NCBI RefSeq assembly: GCF_004010195.1
Contig: NC_057718.1
Location: 94,150,039-94,214,038 of the forward strand
Origin: Chiloscyllium plagiosum
Taxonomy: Eukaryota
Length of the DNA: 64,000 nt
Direction: 5' to 3'
Both the position numbers and the translations under genes were made by a program. Below the pieces are notes generated by a model, which did not search any database, was not told the origin of the DNA, and was given only the letters and a program-made list of their open reading frames with translations. This document shows positions 63,269-64,000 of the stretch, piece after piece (within the stretch, counting starts at the first letter, position 1; each line of letters begins with the position of its first letter).

Positions 63269-63287
63269 ATCTGTTTCCGTGCTGTAT

Positions 63288-63496
63288 AAAGTTTAAAAAT
63301 CACACAACGCCAGGTTATGGTCCAACAGGTTTATTTGGAAGCACTAGCTTTCGGAGCACTGCTCCTTTATTAGGTAATTGTCAACCACCTGATGAAGGAG
63401 CAGCTCTCCGAAAGCTAGTGTGCCTCCAAATAAACCTGTTGGACTATAACCTGGTGTTGTGTGATTTTTAACTTTGTACACCCCAGTCCAAATACA
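63288..63496. mobile_element. Palindromic family-B element, 8-bp TSD
   Basis: TGCTGTAT at 63280-63287 and 63497-63504; inverted arms. Confidence 0.88.
63386..63420 (+). ncRNA. Minimal type I hammerhead ribozyme motif
   Basis: CAC-CUGAUGA-A-GGAG-CAGCU-CUCC-GAAA-GC-UA-GUG. Confidence 0.72.
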
Positions 63497-63692
63497 TGCT
63501 GTATGGTTCTGTGACTCTATGACTCTATAACCGAGATATCTCAGGGGACAGAGAGATGGGCTTTCTGAATCTGTAAAGCTGAACAGTGTATTTCCATAAG
63601 AAACAATTCAGAGAATGTGCTAATATTGTATTGCACACCTTGACATGTTTATAACCTGCTTTTCATATTTATTGAAGCTTCAGTTGACTCAG

Positions 63693-63832
63693 TTAAAAAT
63701 CACACAACACCACCTGATGAAGGAGCGACGCTCTGAAAGCTAGTGTGCTTCCAATTAAACCTGTTGGACTATAACCTAGTGTTGTGTGATTTTTAATTTT
63801 GTACACCCCAGTCCAACACTGGCATCTCCGAA
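63693..63832. mobile_element. Family-B element with a short inverted arm, 13-bp TSD
   Basis: TCAGTTGACTCAG at 63680-63692 and 63833-63845. Confidence 0.88.
63711..63745 (+). ncRNA. Minimal type I hammerhead ribozyme motif
   Basis: CAC-CUGAUGA-A-GGAGC-GAC-GCUCU-GAAA-GC-UA-GUG (G-U at the base of stem II). Confidence 0.68.
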
Positions 63833-64000
63833 TCAGTTGACTCAGGTTTCTTTCCAGAGTTAAACTCATCAATGTCAGTGATACTCCACAAGAAGGGCAA
63901 GGCAAGTCATTTCAAGAAATTGGCTGGGTCCCCTGCAGCAACACTTTTGTGAAGAAGTAAAGAAAAACTATTGTGCCCTGCATGACCACCAAAAATGTTT

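Overview
Vertebrate genomic DNA, almost certainly from a shark or ray, judging by HE1-like SINEs and HER1/CR1-type LINE tails. It holds one protein-coding gene, FOXA2, on the minus strand (coding exons 13800-13868/13886 and 11592-12833, phase-0 GT-AG intron). The first ~16.4 kb is CpG-rich and almost transposon-free. It carries candidate developmental cis-elements: an exact GAACACCCA Gli site 3' of the gene, a near-perfect Brachyury palindrome, and an intronic FoxA site. The rest is repeat-dense: HE1 and Deu SINEs, CR1, Rex1-like, RTE and L2 LINE fragments, a Penelope GIY-YIG remnant, and a two-LTR Gmr1-type Gypsy element with PR-IN-RT-RH order. The most striking signal is a set of about five families of short, often palindromic, TSD-flanked Penelope-derived elements. 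They carry an ultra-minimal type I hammerhead ribozyme motif with an extra nucleotide after CUGANGA, a loop-less palindromic stem III and covarying stems I/II. Some copies have captured neighbouring genomic DNA. Two assembly gaps are present. All calls were made by eye; no alignments or database searches were run, and repeat boundaries are approximate unless a TSD is given.
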